Below are positions 19,350-29,746 of a stretch of DNA of 64,000 nt, one piece after another. The notes beneath the pieces were generated by a model. The model did no database searches. It saw only the letters and a program-made list of their open reading frames with translations, and had not been told where the DNA came from. A program made the translations under genes and the position numbers. Source of the stretch: a candidate division WWE3 bacterium (lineage in GTDB: Bacteria; Patescibacteriota; WWE3; UBA101185; UBA10185); contig JBPOHV010000001.1 in the NCBI GenBank assembly GCA_052035175.1, positions 233,569 through 297,568 on the forward strand. Direction: 5' to 3'. How positions within the stretch are numbered: position 1 is the first letter of the stretch; every line of letters begins with the position of its first letter.

Positions 19350-20753
19350 TCACATTTTCATGCCTGCTGGCATAGCTTGTGGTGTTATTACTCCTACAGT
19401 AACGTCATTGTTACCTCGACAGTTTGTTCGCTCATTTTTGTTGTTAAAGCATATATCATATTCGTATATAGTTGATGCACTAGGATCTCCTTGTCTAACA
19501 GCTCTATTAAAAAAAGCAGTTCCTTCTGGTACTCCAGCGTCTACTATAAATGGAACGCAATCTAATCCTACTGAGCAATCGTTTACTATATTGCCTCTTC
19601 GATCTGTAAAGCCATTAAACGGGCCTTTTGGTAGGTTTAAAAATCTTGCAGTAAAGAGTTGAACTGCTGTGTGATTGTGCTTGCAATCTCCTTTTTCACA
19701 CACAAACAGTTGCAATGATGAATCTGCAGGATCTATATATCCCCAAGCGTCATCAAATGTCCAAGCACTTCCAAAGATCACATTATATCTATCTGGGTAA
19801 TATGGAAAGTCTATTGGATTTGGTCCCAAGTTATTCCAGAATTGTATAACACTGTTGTTTTTAAGGCTGCGATCAATCAGGCTTTTGGGAATAATAGTTC
19901 GATATGGTGGTTGGTTGATAGCTACTGTATCTGGTAATTTACCACCGTCAGTTGCTAATGGTAATGGGTCATTACTAAGCGGACAATGTGTTTTTTTGTA
20001 TGGACAATGTAATGTACCATAATCTGCCCATCCACCGGTTTGTACAAATCCGCATTTAGTCATATCTTGCTGATCACATACGCGTGCAACTACTCTATAG
20101 CTATGGTAGCGAGTAGTTAACTCTGCTGTGGTTCCTATAGAATGTACGCCATAAAGTATATGTGTTATGCAACTAAATTCCTCAGTTTTGAGCTCTGGGC
20201 TGTTTTTAAAAAGCTCGCAACCATTTTTTGCTTCATCATATATATAAAAGTAGCCTTTATGTTTATATAAATTTTCATTTGGTGTCTGCCAAGGATAGCT
20301 TATCTCTTGGTCCCATTCTTTTACTATGCCAGAAAAGATTGTTTTTGAAGGATCAGCACCATGTGTATGATCATAGAAGCATCCTTTTTCGTCATTCCAA
20401 ACTCCATGATAGTCAGTGTCATTGTGATCTGTACACATTGGGGCGCCTTTAAATGGCTGTATTCCTGTATATTGTTGTATAACAACATCTTCGACTGGAA
20501 TGATATCTGAACCTGGTTCAGGACGTGGCGCAGTTGTTGTGTTAGTAGAAGAAGATACAGCGCTTCTTACCCTATCTGCTACCCAGTCAACAACAGAGGT
20601 TGTCCCGCGGGTGTTAGTTGCAGAACGTACTTGTCCTGTTTGTACACGATCGGTTACTGAGTAACTTGTTAAGATAGTGAAAGCAAATACAGTAATTAAT
20701 AACATAGCGATTCCAATATTTATTATTCCATTTTGTTTTTGATAATTAGGCAT
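19350..20753 (-). CDS. secreted/anchored Cys- and His-rich protein
   Basis: N-terminal TM, Ser/Thr linker, many Cys, HTHG motif. Confidence 0.65.
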   Translation of the reverse strand: MPNYQKQNGIINIGIAMLLITVFAFTILTSYSVTDRVQTGQVRSATNTRGTTSVVDWVADRVRSAVSSSTNTTTAPRPEPGSDIIPVEDVVIQQYTGIQPFKGAPMCTDHNDTDYHGVWNDEKGCFYDHTHGADPSKTIFSGIVKEWDQEISYPWQTPNENLYKHKGYFYIYDEAKNGCELFKNSPELKTEEFSCITHILYGVHSIGTTAELTTRYHSYRVVARVCDQQDMTKCGFVQTGGWADYGTLHCPYKKTHCPLSNDPLPLATDGGKLPDTVAINQPPYRTIIPKSLIDRSLKNNSVIQFWNNLGPNPIDFPYYPDRYNVIFGSAWTFDDAWGYIDPADSSLQLFVCEKGDCKHNHTAVQLFTARFLNLPKGPFNGFTDRRGNIVNDCSVGLDCVPFIVDAGVPEGTAFFNRAVRQGDPSASTIYEYDICFNNKNERTNCRGNNDVTVGVITPQAMPAGMKM

Positions 20754-20771
20754 TGAAGGAATACTATCAGA

Positions 20772-21965
20772 TTAAATGTTCTGTTTCAATAGATCATCAT
20801 ATATATGTATTGTTTGTTTTGCCGTTTCTTCCCAAGAATACTTGTCTACAAGGCTTTTAACAAATTCGTTAGTCCTTTTAGTTTTGTTTGCAGCTTTAAG
20901 TAAGCTAGCTTGAATAGATTCGATATCATTTGGTTTACAGTACTCAGCATTATCACCAAGATATTCATAGACCCTTTTGCATGTTGTGATCACATTCATA
21001 TCACATACAGCAGCTTCAATAGTTGTAAGTCCCATTGTTTCAAACCAACTTGGCTGAATACCTATAGTACAGGCGTGCATCGCTGAAGCAACCAATTCAA
21101 AAGGCAACTTATCGAGATAATAAAATCTTTTATTATCAATCTTATTTTTAAATCTTATAAAATATTCTGGATGATAGAGATTTTTTTCGCCGATGAACAA
21201 AACTTTCCACGCGTCCATTTGGTTTTTGGCGTACAAATTTTCTACCGCTTCGATTACACTAAGTTGATTTTTTCTAGGTTCTATTCTGCCAGTACACAAG
21301 ATAGTTTTTGAAAAGTCTACAGTGTGTTGATACTTTTCAAAAAAGTATTTCTCAAATTCTGCAGATCCTGCTTTTTTTATAACGTTGGTATTTACTCCCA
21401 GTACTACTTTTTGTGTATTTATATCTGTAATCCCAAAATCATTTTTAATTTCTTGCGCTTCTATATCTGTTTGAACCAAAATAACGTCAGCGCTTTTCAA
21501 AACGGCTTTTTGTGTATTTCGAAAACCATTTTTTATTTGTAGTAATGTTGGATTTAGTTTTTCTTTATATATAAAAGATCGATAAATATTTTTTAAAATG
21601 TCTCTATGTTCTTGTGACCTAATAAAAAAGTTTACAAACCGTCTTAAGTCGTATCTATATTTATCTTCATAGAGTTCTACTTCAGAGTACGAGTGGTGTA
21701 TAGCAGATAAAACTAGCGGTTTGTTAAATTTCTTCGCCCACAAAGCTTGTGGATAGGTTTCACAAATCCAATCTAAATTAAACAAATTGACTATATCGTA
21801 GTTCTCAATTTCTTTATTATTTATTTCTGTTGAAATGTCTATTTGAAATCTGGGGTCAATTGCTTCTATATATTTTTTTGTATTTTCAATCTGAAAAGTA
21901 TCGCCACCTCTTTTTTTGAAAAGATCAACACGCGATTGAAATAGCACCTTTATTTTGTCAGCCAT
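20772..21965 (-). CDS. glycosyltransferase family 4
   Basis: GGDT, GRIEPRKNQ, PSWFETMGLTTIEA and YSWE. Confidence 0.9.
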   Translation of the reverse strand: MADKIKVLFQSRVDLFKKRGGDTFQIENTKKYIEAIDPRFQIDISTEINNKEIENYDIVNLFNLDWICETYPQALWAKKFNKPLVLSAIHHSYSEVELYEDKYRYDLRRFVNFFIRSQEHRDILKNIYRSFIYKEKLNPTLLQIKNGFRNTQKAVLKSADVILVQTDIEAQEIKNDFGITDINTQKVVLGVNTNVIKKAGSAEFEKYFFEKYQHTVDFSKTILCTGRIEPRKNQLSVIEAVENLYAKNQMDAWKVLFIGEKNLYHPEYFIRFKNKIDNKRFYYLDKLPFELVASAMHACTIGIQPSWFETMGLTTIEAAVCDMNVITTCKRVYEYLGDNAEYCKPNDIESIQASLLKAANKTKRTNEFVKSLVDKYSWEETAKQTIHIYDDLLKQNI

Positions 21966-21988
21966 ACGTCAATTATATCGCAGATTGC

Positions 21989-22702
21989 TCATTTTATAGT
22001 TGTTTTATACATAGCTATACCTGCGGCTACCGATAGATTTAGAGAATCAATATTATCTCCGTGTGGTATGAATACGCTTTGCCCATAATCTTTGTATTCT
22101 CTTGGCAAACCTGCTCCTTCGTTTCCAAATACTAGTGTGTAGTGTTTTTTGTATTTCACTTGTTCTATACTTTGTGCGCCGTCTAACATAAATGTATAAA
22201 TGTTGTGTTTGGCAAATCTCTTTTTATAATCTTCAAAGTCGGTGAAATATTGGCATTTTACTTCAAAAAACGCACCCATCGAAGATCTGATAACCATAGC
22301 ATCAAATATATCAACTCCTGGTTTGATAATAGCTAGGTCGTGAAATCCAAATCCAGCCATTGTACGTATGATTGTGCCTAGATTTCCGGTATTTGTAGGA
22401 TTTACTAACATTATATGATTTTGGTCTTTATCTATGCGTTCTTCATATTTTTCAAATATGCCTATCGCATAGGTGTTTTCTTTGGCGGAGATGCGTTCTA
22501 TGGCTTTGCTAACGAATTCATAAGGTACATTATTAGCTTCGCACAAGGCTACCAATTTCCTTACATGATCGCTTTTTCTGCCTTTTTCATGCAGCATTAT
22601 CTTTATAATCTGTTCTTTTTTATATTTGAACAGATCTAACGTAGGGAATAGCCCATATGTATATGCGTGATTAAATTGTTTTTTATATTTCCTAGCTTTC
22701 AT
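21989..22702 (-). CDS. TrmH/SpoU family RNA methyltransferase
   Basis: GNLGTIIRT, FGNEGAGL and SLNLSVA SPOUT motifs. Confidence 0.9.
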   Translation of the reverse strand: MKARKYKKQFNHAYTYGLFPTLDLFKYKKEQIIKIMLHEKGRKSDHVRKLVALCEANNVPYEFVSKAIERISAKENTYAIGIFEKYEERIDKDQNHIMLVNPTNTGNLGTIIRTMAGFGFHDLAIIKPGVDIFDAMVIRSSMGAFFEVKCQYFTDFEDYKKRFAKHNIYTFMLDGAQSIEQVKYKKHYTLVFGNEGAGLPREYKDYGQSVFIPHGDNIDSLNLSVAAGIAMYKTTIK

Positions 22703-23801
22703 ATTTACCTTTTAGGTTACTTCCTGACCGAAGTATTTCTATTACTCTAGTATATACCCTTAAATTGTGCAAAGAAGCAAGTAAATGCGCTGTCGAGTCT
22801 TTGAGTTTGAATAAATGATGCAGGTATGCTTTTGAGTAGTTTTGGCACGTAATACAGTCACAAGAGCTATCTATTGGGGCAAAATCGTTGACATATTTAT
22901 GTTTCAATATATGAACATATTTGTAGTTATCTTTATTAAGGATATCTACCTGTGTTTGTGGTGGTGTATCAAAAGTATAGAGTCTTGCGTGTCTGGCATC
23001 TCGCGTAGGTAATGTGCAGTCAAACAAATCCCATCCAAAGCTTGCGCATTTGGCAATTTGATAAGGAGTTCCTAATCCCAGTCCAAACTTTGGTTTTGTC
23101 TCAGGTATTATGTTTGCAAGGTACTCAGCTGTTTCGTAGTCAAGGTCTCTTTCTGCAGTATCAAAAGTATGTCCACCCCACCCATAAATATCAAACCCAA
23201 TAGCTTCTAGAGCGTCAATGCATTGTTTACGCAGTAACTTACTGCTTCCACCCTGTACGACTCCCATAAGCATAGGTCGTTCTTGTTCATGTATATTCCT
23301 TATTTCTATTTGTTTTTCAAATTCGACCTTGCATCGAGACGCCCACGCAATTGTTCGTTCGACTGTTTTTTCGAGCTGTGCATGTGTCGCGTTTGGAAGT
23401 GAGTAATCGTCTAGACATATAATTATATCGCTGCCAATATCAAATTGTGCGTTTATACAAAACTCTGGACTATACAAAGGCATATTTAGTTTCAAGTCTA
23501 TTCCATCATCGCTTATGGTTGCAGCAGTTTTTGCATTGCCTACCTTTTTTGATATAAGTGAGTATACTTGCCAGCCACCAGAGTCACTAGATACAAGCCC
23601 ATCAAAGTTCATAAACTTTTTTATACCACCAGCTTTTTTAATAATCTCTATTGTTGGTGTATTTATCAAATGAAATGTATTTACCATTAGACTATCTATT
23701 TTGACTTGTGATAAATAGTTTATAGGTAAGCCTTTTACAACAGCTCTAGTAGCATCTGGTAAAAAAGCAGGTGTAGTGTAAGTTTTATTTTTTATAATCA
23801 T
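22692..23801 (-). CDS. tgt: tRNA-guanine transglycosylase
   Basis: NTFHL, DSGG, GVVQGG, FDCTLPTRDAR and the CxCxxC...H Zn site. Confidence 0.9.
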   Translation of the reverse strand: MIIKNKTYTTPAFLPDATRAVVKGLPINYLSQVKIDSLMVNTFHLINTPTIEIIKKAGGIKKFMNFDGLVSSDSGGWQVYSLISKKVGNAKTAATISDDGIDLKLNMPLYSPEFCINAQFDIGSDIIICLDDYSLPNATHAQLEKTVERTIAWASRCKVEFEKQIEIRNIHEQERPMLMGVVQGGSSKLLRKQCIDALEAIGFDIYGWGGHTFDTAERDLDYETAEYLANIIPETKPKFGLGLGTPYQIAKCASFGWDLFDCTLPTRDARHARLYTFDTPPQTQVDILNKDNYKYVHILKHKYVNDFAPIDSSCDCITCQNYSKAYLHHLFKLKDSTAHLLASLHNLRVYTRVIEILRSGSNLKGKYES

Positions 23802-25066
23802 TTGGCGCTTAGGTCTAAAGTGTCGAGGAATACTTTGAGTTCTTGTGCAACTTTTTCATTATCTTTGTTTTCTATAGAGACTATAAACACTCGTTTTTCG
23901 ATTGGTTGTTTTATATACAAGAGTGTATTTTTTTGCCATGTGTATCCATAAAGATACAACCCATAATAGGGTAATACACCAACTTCGATATTTTCTTCTG
24001 AGATTTCCGCAGGTTTGCCAGTTACAACTAAATAATCGTCTTTGAGCAAAGTTTTTTGATTTGACACAAAGCTATCAAAATTCATTTTTGAAAGTTCAGC
24101 GTTAAACAATGTATAACCTCCGATTTTATTGTTATTCTCGGTTATATATACACTTAGCAATGGTGTAACACTCGCAGGTGGAATTGATGCAAAGCAACAA
24201 GTTGTATCTGCAGTTTTAGAATATTTAAATTTTATTCCATAGTTAAACCCTTTTACTTCATACGTGAAATATGGGCTTAATTCTTCTTCTGTGAATATTG
24301 TTTTGATAAAGCTAAGAGATGTTAATAATTCATTTGTTATACCGCGATACTTTTGAATAATGCCTACATCACCATTGTAAATTTGTGTAATTTCGTAAAA
24401 TTTTCCCTCGTGTTCTACAAAGTTTATAGTGTAATTTGGTTCGCAGTTGATTACATCAAAGGTTTTCGCAGGTTTATTATTGATGGTTGTGTCTATTATT
24501 TCGCTAATTGTTGCTGTAGAGACACATTTGGCAATCATACTTTGTTTTTTTGTTTCTGCTACAGTGGTTAATGTGCGCTTTTCTAAAATTAGCGGTGTAA
24601 CTCTTATGATATAACCTTCTATCAAGTCTTGATCGCTAGATAACATATCTGTTTTGGGATTAATTAGTTTATGTACTTCCAAGTAATTATTTGTTGTATC
24701 AAATCCTGATGGTTCTACAACTACAGCATCTGCCGGATATTTAAATGTAATTTTGAGGCCATCATTAGAATACAGATTCATTGATGTGACGGTTTCATCG
24801 CGTTTATCTATGGCTACTTCTTGGGCGTCATTTTTGACTAATATTTTGCGATTATTTTCTCTTATTTTATTGATAACAACTACAAATATGATCAGTGTTA
24901 TTAAAGCTGCTACTCCAAGACCAAAAAACTTTATAAAAGTTCCAAAAATCAATTTTTTTCGTTTTATGTCTTTGAGTCTTTCTGGAGTTATACCTTCAGT
25001 TGGCGTATTTGGAATAGTGACGTCATCTAATTCGCTTACTATGCTTGGTTGGTCGTTGTCGTTCAT
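23798..25066 (-). CDS. membrane-anchored hypothetical protein
   Basis: 422 aa, single TM near the N-terminus. Confidence 0.65.
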   Translation of the reverse strand: MNDNDQPSIVSELDDVTIPNTPTEGITPERLKDIKRKKLIFGTFIKFFGLGVAALITLIIFVVVINKIRENNRKILVKNDAQEVAIDKRDETVTSMNLYSNDGLKITFKYPADAVVVEPSGFDTTNNYLEVHKLINPKTDMLSSDQDLIEGYIIRVTPLILEKRTLTTVAETKKQSMIAKCVSTATISEIIDTTINNKPAKTFDVINCEPNYTINFVEHEGKFYEITQIYNGDVGIIQKYRGITNELLTSLSFIKTIFTEEELSPYFTYEVKGFNYGIKFKYSKTADTTCCFASIPPASVTPLLSVYITENNNKIGGYTLFNAELSKMNFDSFVSNQKTLLKDDYLVVTGKPAEISEENIEVGVLPYYGLYLYGYTWQKNTLLYIKQPIEKRVFIVSIENKDNEKVAQELKVFLDTLDLSAK

Positions 25067-27150
25067 AACTGCATCTTTTTAAAGATATCTATCATAAATT
25101 CTACATGTTTCTCAAAACTTTCGCCAAAATGTTGGAGGCCGTAATTTATATCATCTCTGCTTACTTTTGCGGCAAAAGCTTTATCTTTAAACTTCTTTTT
25201 TACAGATGATGCGTTCATACCGTCTAATCTGTCTGGTCTCATAAGTGCATATGCATATATAAGCCCTGATAATTCGTCTGTTGCTATAAGAGCTGCTGCC
25301 AGTTTTGTTTGTGGTTCTACTTTGGTTTTATCAAAATAATGCGCAAGAACTGCGTGTATAGATTCTTCGGGGAATCCCCATTCTTTAAACCATTCAGCTT
25401 CTTGGTTTGGATGCTCTTCTGGAAATTCAAAATAATCCAAATCGTGTAAAAGTCCTGTTATATACCAAAGGTCTTTATTTTCTCCAAAAACGTCTGCGTA
25501 TGCATCTAGCACATTCGCTACCATATTGGCGTGTAGCTTTTGATAATCGTCTTTGACGTATTTTTCCAAAAGAGATTGCGCGTGTTCACGGTTGAACTCT
25601 TTAACAAAGTCTTTTTCTAAAGTTGTTTTCACTTTTGTTTGTTCTGGAGATTTCAACCCATAAATTTCTTTTGTAGTGTCATCGAGCTTTCTGCGCATTT
25701 GTGGAAAGAGCGTACCTTCACGTGCAGTTACGCCTTCCAAAAACCAAAACAATCTTTCGCTATGCCCATAACCCGATGTAGGTGGCATTCCGTATTCGAG
25801 CATTTCGACATAATCAATGTCTAGCATTTGTGCTTCATCGTCTCCTTCTTCTCGTTGTCCTTGTTGTTCTTTAAATCTATCTAGTTGATCAAATGGTTCA
25901 TTCAATTCAGAATAGCCATTTCCCAATTCGCTACCTGCCAAAATAATGTGAAATCGTTCAGTTAAATTTGGGTTGTCGGTTTTTGATTTGGCGAGAGGTG
26001 ACATAAACTTTGGTTCGTTCACCAAAAACGCAGGTCCAGCTATAGTCTTTCTGATCAATTTCCATAAATTATCTATTAACCGATTTCTATTTATAGTTCC
26101 GGGTAATTCTACTTTGTTTGCTTTTAAAATTTTTAAGATATCTTCATTCGAAGATTCAAAAATATCTATACCATAAGTTTCTTTAATTATTTTTACGTAA
26201 TCTATTTCTTTCCATTCATCAGCTAGGTCAAATGTGTGTCCAGATTTTTCAAACTTTGTTTTGCCGTAAACTTTATTTGCAACGTATCTAAACATTTCTT
26301 TTACCAATTCCATATTGTTTCGATAATCGGCATACGCCCAGTACCATTCTATCTGATAAAACTCTTGTAAATGTTCATCGTCAATTCCTTCGTTTCTAAA
26401 GTTTGGTCCAAGAGTAAATATTTTTTCAAAGCCACCGCCAATTAATCTTTTTTGATAAAGCTCTGTTGAGATTCTTAGATAAAAATCCTCATCTAGAGCA
26501 TCATGGTGTGTTACAAATGGTTTGGCATCAGCACCTCCTGTAACTTGTTCCATTACAGGTGTTTCTACTTCTATAAATCCTTTGCTTTTCAAAAACTCTC
26601 TGTTTGCTTCCCAAAATAGTGATTTTCTTTCAAACATTTGCCTTACTTCAGGGTTTACAAGTAAATCTAGATATCTCCTTCTGTATCTTACGTCTTGATC
26701 TTTTAATCCACTGTGTTTGTCTGGTAGTGGTCTTAGTGATTTTGTTAATAGTGTAAGTTTTTTTACGAGAATAGAGACTTCGCCAGTCTTTGTTTTTGTG
26801 ATGACTCCGTATACTTGTAAAATATCTCCGATATCTAGCAGCTTTAAATCTTCAAATCCTAGTGTTTGCTCATTTTTATTTGTATTCTGAATTTCTTCAC
26901 TTTTTATATAAAGTTGAATTTTCCCCGACTGGTCTTGCAAGTCACAAAAAGTTAAATTCCCATGTTCTCTTAAAGACATCAATCTACCAGCCAGAAAATA
27001 TTCTTTATTTTCGTGTAAATCAAAATTTTCAAGAATATCTGCAATAGCTAAATCCTTTTTTGAGTGAGCTGGGTAAGGATCTATTCCCAAAGATCTGAGC
27101 TTGTTTAACTTTTTTATTCTTTCGTCTCGGAATTCTTTTAATGTTGCCAT
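25063..27150 (-). CDS. lysS: lysine--tRNA ligase (class II) fused to a C-terminal HD domain
   Basis: YRRRYLDL, LRISTEL, FRNEG and YGMPPTSG; the last ~180 aa carry H...GLLHDLD...H...H...D. Confidence 0.93.
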   Translation of the reverse strand: MATLKEFRDERIKKLNKLRSLGIDPYPAHSKKDLAIADILENFDLHENKEYFLAGRLMSLREHGNLTFCDLQDQSGKIQLYIKSEEIQNTNKNEQTLGFEDLKLLDIGDILQVYGVITKTKTGEVSILVKKLTLLTKSLRPLPDKHSGLKDQDVRYRRRYLDLLVNPEVRQMFERKSLFWEANREFLKSKGFIEVETPVMEQVTGGADAKPFVTHHDALDEDFYLRISTELYQKRLIGGGFEKIFTLGPNFRNEGIDDEHLQEFYQIEWYWAYADYRNNMELVKEMFRYVANKVYGKTKFEKSGHTFDLADEWKEIDYVKIIKETYGIDIFESSNEDILKILKANKVELPGTINRNRLIDNLWKLIRKTIAGPAFLVNEPKFMSPLAKSKTDNPNLTERFHIILAGSELGNGYSELNEPFDQLDRFKEQQGQREEGDDEAQMLDIDYVEMLEYGMPPTSGYGHSERLFWFLEGVTAREGTLFPQMRRKLDDTTKEIYGLKSPEQTKVKTTLEKDFVKEFNREHAQSLLEKYVKDDYQKLHANMVANVLDAYADVFGENKDLWYITGLLHDLDYFEFPEEHPNQEAEWFKEWGFPEESIHAVLAHYFDKTKVEPQTKLAAALIATDELSGLIYAYALMRPDRLDGMNASSVKKKFKDKAFAAKVSRDDINYGLQHFGESFEKHVEFMIDIFKKMQL

Positions 27151-27234
27151 ACGAAGGCAATTTTAACACATTACTGTGCTAAAAAAACATGTTTTAAGCT
27201 GAAATCATTTGGTATTTTACAGATCAAGTGTACT

Positions 27235-27693
27235 TCAGTTTACTTTGAGTACTGTGTATGTAATTATGCCTATAGGAGCATCGACTTCGATTTTATCTCC
27301 GACTTTTTTACCTATTAAGGCTTTACCTAATGGTGATTCGTGTGAGATTTTTTTATTGATAGGGTCAGCTTCTGGACCGCCTACGATAACGAATATTTCT
27401 TCGTCTCCTTCGACGTGTACAGTTACTTGAGAACCTACACCTACAGTACCAGTTGATGTGTCGGCTACTACTGCTGATTTTATAATGTCTTCCAACTCAA
27501 CAACACGGCCTTCTATAAAAGCTTGTTCTTGTCTTGCCAAATCGTATTCAGCATTTTCTGAAATGTCTCCCATTTCACGAGCTGTTTGAATACGTTTTGC
27601 TATTTCAGGTCTTTTCAAATCGATGAGCTCTTTGAGCTCATTTTTTAATTTATCTAAACCTTCTTTTGTTAAATATAGTTTGTTATTATCCAT
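27235..27693 (-). CDS. greA: transcription elongation factor GreA
   Basis: GDISENAEY and ISHESPLGKAL. Confidence 0.95.
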   Translation of the reverse strand: MDNNKLYLTKEGLDKLKNELKELIDLKRPEIAKRIQTAREMGDISENAEYDLARQEQAFIEGRVVELEDIIKSAVVADTSTGTVGVGSQVTVHVEGDEEIFVIVGGPEADPINKKISHESPLGKALIGKKVGDKIEVDAPIGIITYTVLKVN

Positions 27694-27732
27694 AATTTTT
27701 TCTTTCTTAATGGTTCATACAATTTATCAAAT

Positions 27733-27831
27733 AAAAATACCCCAACTACTTAACATGATCGTGGGGCTTCTTGTTCGAAAACATATTGCTTGAACGAAAA
27801 GAATAGTAACATTTATGGTCCTCTATGTCAA
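27733..27831 (-). promoter_or_regulatory. greA promoter and leader with terminator-like hairpin
   Basis: TTGACA-17 nt-TACTAT, followed by a GCCCCA...TGGGGT stem and ATTTTT. Confidence 0.65.
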
Positions 27832-27915
27832 TCAAATCTCAGGCGAGTTAATTGATAGAATTTCCCTCAGCTGGGCCATTTTTGATACATTTTATGTGTG
27901 CTATAATTTGCCACA

Positions 27916-29709
27916 ATGGCGGTATCTTACCTTACAAAATGGAATCTTTCAGACTTTTATAAATCAGATACAGATCCACAAATAGACTTGGATGTAGACT
28001 CTTTTAAAACCAAAGCCGAAGCGTTTATTTCCAAATGGAAAGCTCGATCAGACTATATGTCTAGCGCTGATGGCCTTTTGGAGTTATTAGTTGAAATCGA
28101 AGACTTGCGTTCTTTTGGGTCTGAGCCATTTTACTATTTATATTTGCGTCGTAATCAAGACGACAAAAATGAGTATATAAAAGCAAAGTCTAATAAGATC
28201 GAAGAGATTTCAACAAAAATAAGCAATGACCTTGAATTTTTGACTCAAAACATTTCTAGATTACCCAAAGATAAACAAGAGTTATTTTTATCAGACAAAA
28301 AACTTACCAATTATCATTATGCATTAAAAAATATGTTTGAAACTGCTAAGTATAAGTTAGGTGAAGAAGCTGAACAAGTAGACAATCTTTTATCAAAGTT
28401 GGCATTTAGTGATTGGACAACTATGGTTGAAGAAAAATTGTCTGGGAATACTAAATCTGTTGCGTTAGAAAATTCTATAAAAAAGAAATACACATATACG
28501 CAGTTGTTTCCTTTTATAGAAAACAAAGACAAAGAAATCAGACATAAGGCAGCCAAAGCCATTAATGCAATTATGCGAGAAGTCGCAGAATTCGCTCTAT
28601 ACGAGTTGAATGCTGTTTTGGCATACAAAAAAATAGAAGATGACTTGAGAAAATATTCTCGTCCAGACGCATCGACCTTAATCTCTGATGATATAGATTT
28701 TGATGTAATAGATGCTTTACTAGACGTAGTATCTGCAAATAATACACAAGCCCATGCATTTTATGAGTTCAAGGCCCGCTTGTTAGGGTTACCTTTTTTG
28801 GAATACTACGAACGGGGTTTGAGTTATGGAGACATTACAAAAGATTATACTTTTGACGATGGCGTTACTATTGTAAATAAAGTTTTTGAAAAGCTAGACA
28901 AAGACTTTAGTGATATTTTTATTTCTTTATTGAAAGGTGGAAAATTTGACGTTTTTCCAGAGTTGGGTAAATCTGGTGGGGCTTTTTGTTTGCCGATGAA
29001 CAAAAACTTTCCGGCTTTTATTTTATTGAATCATACAAACAAATTAGATGACGTTACTACAATAGCGCACGAAATGGGACATGCTATCAACAATGTCTAT
29101 ATGATGCGTGCACAAACCGAGTTTAATGTTGGTAGTTCATTGGCGACAGCAGAAGTGGCAAGTACTTTTATGGAAGACTTTGTTTATACGCATCTTCTTG
29201 AAGGTGTATCTGATGAAGATAGACTAACTTTACTTATCAAAAAGCTCGACGTAGTTTTTAGTGCGATTCATAGGCAAGTTGCATGTTATAAGTTTGAGCA
29301 AAGTTTGCATACTGCTTATAGACAAACTGGTTATATTTCTCAAGAAAATATCGGCCAATTATTTACAAAGCATATGTCTGCCTATATGGGTCCTGCTGTA
29401 AAACAAACTGCTGGCTCTGAGAATTGGTGGGTTTATTGGAGCCATATTCGTAGCTTTTTTTACGTGTATTCATATGCAAGTGGTCATTTAATTTCGATGT
29501 CGATGCAACGTAAGTTGCGTGAAGATAAAACGTTTATAAACGAGATTAAAAAGTTTTTATCTAGTGGAATTTCTCGATCTCCAAAAGATATCTTTCTAGA
29601 TCTTGGTATCGATATTTCTAGCAAAGTCTTTTGGGAAGAAGGTATGAAAGAAATAGATACGATGTATCAAGAAGCAGTTTCGTTAGCAAAAAAGCTTGGT
29701 AAGATATAA
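27916..29709 (+). CDS. pepF: M3B oligoendopeptidase F
   Basis: GKSGGAFC, HEMGH, AEVASTF and HI..FFYVYSY. Confidence 0.9.
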   Translation: MAVSYLTKWNLSDFYKSDTDPQIDLDVDSFKTKAEAFISKWKARSDYMSSADGLLELLVEIEDLRSFGSEPFYYLYLRRNQDDKNEYIKAKSNKIEEISTKISNDLEFLTQNISRLPKDKQELFLSDKKLTNYHYALKNMFETAKYKLGEEAEQVDNLLSKLAFSDWTTMVEEKLSGNTKSVALENSIKKKYTYTQLFPFIENKDKEIRHKAAKAINAIMREVAEFALYELNAVLAYKKIEDDLRKYSRPDASTLISDDIDFDVIDALLDVVSANNTQAHAFYEFKARLLGLPFLEYYERGLSYGDITKDYTFDDGVTIVNKVFEKLDKDFSDIFISLLKGGKFDVFPELGKSGGAFCLPMNKNFPAFILLNHTNKLDDVTTIAHEMGHAINNVYMMRAQTEFNVGSSLATAEVASTFMEDFVYTHLLEGVSDEDRLTLLIKKLDVVFSAIHRQVACYKFEQSLHTAYRQTGYISQENIGQLFTKHMSAYMGPAVKQTAGSENWWVYWSHIRSFFYVYSYASGHLISMSMQRKLREDKTFINEIKKFLSSGISRSPKDIFLDLGIDISSKVFWEEGMKEIDTMYQEAVSLAKKLGKI

Positions 29710-29746
29710 TTGGCATTTGTGCGAAGACTTCCTTATAATGGTATTA

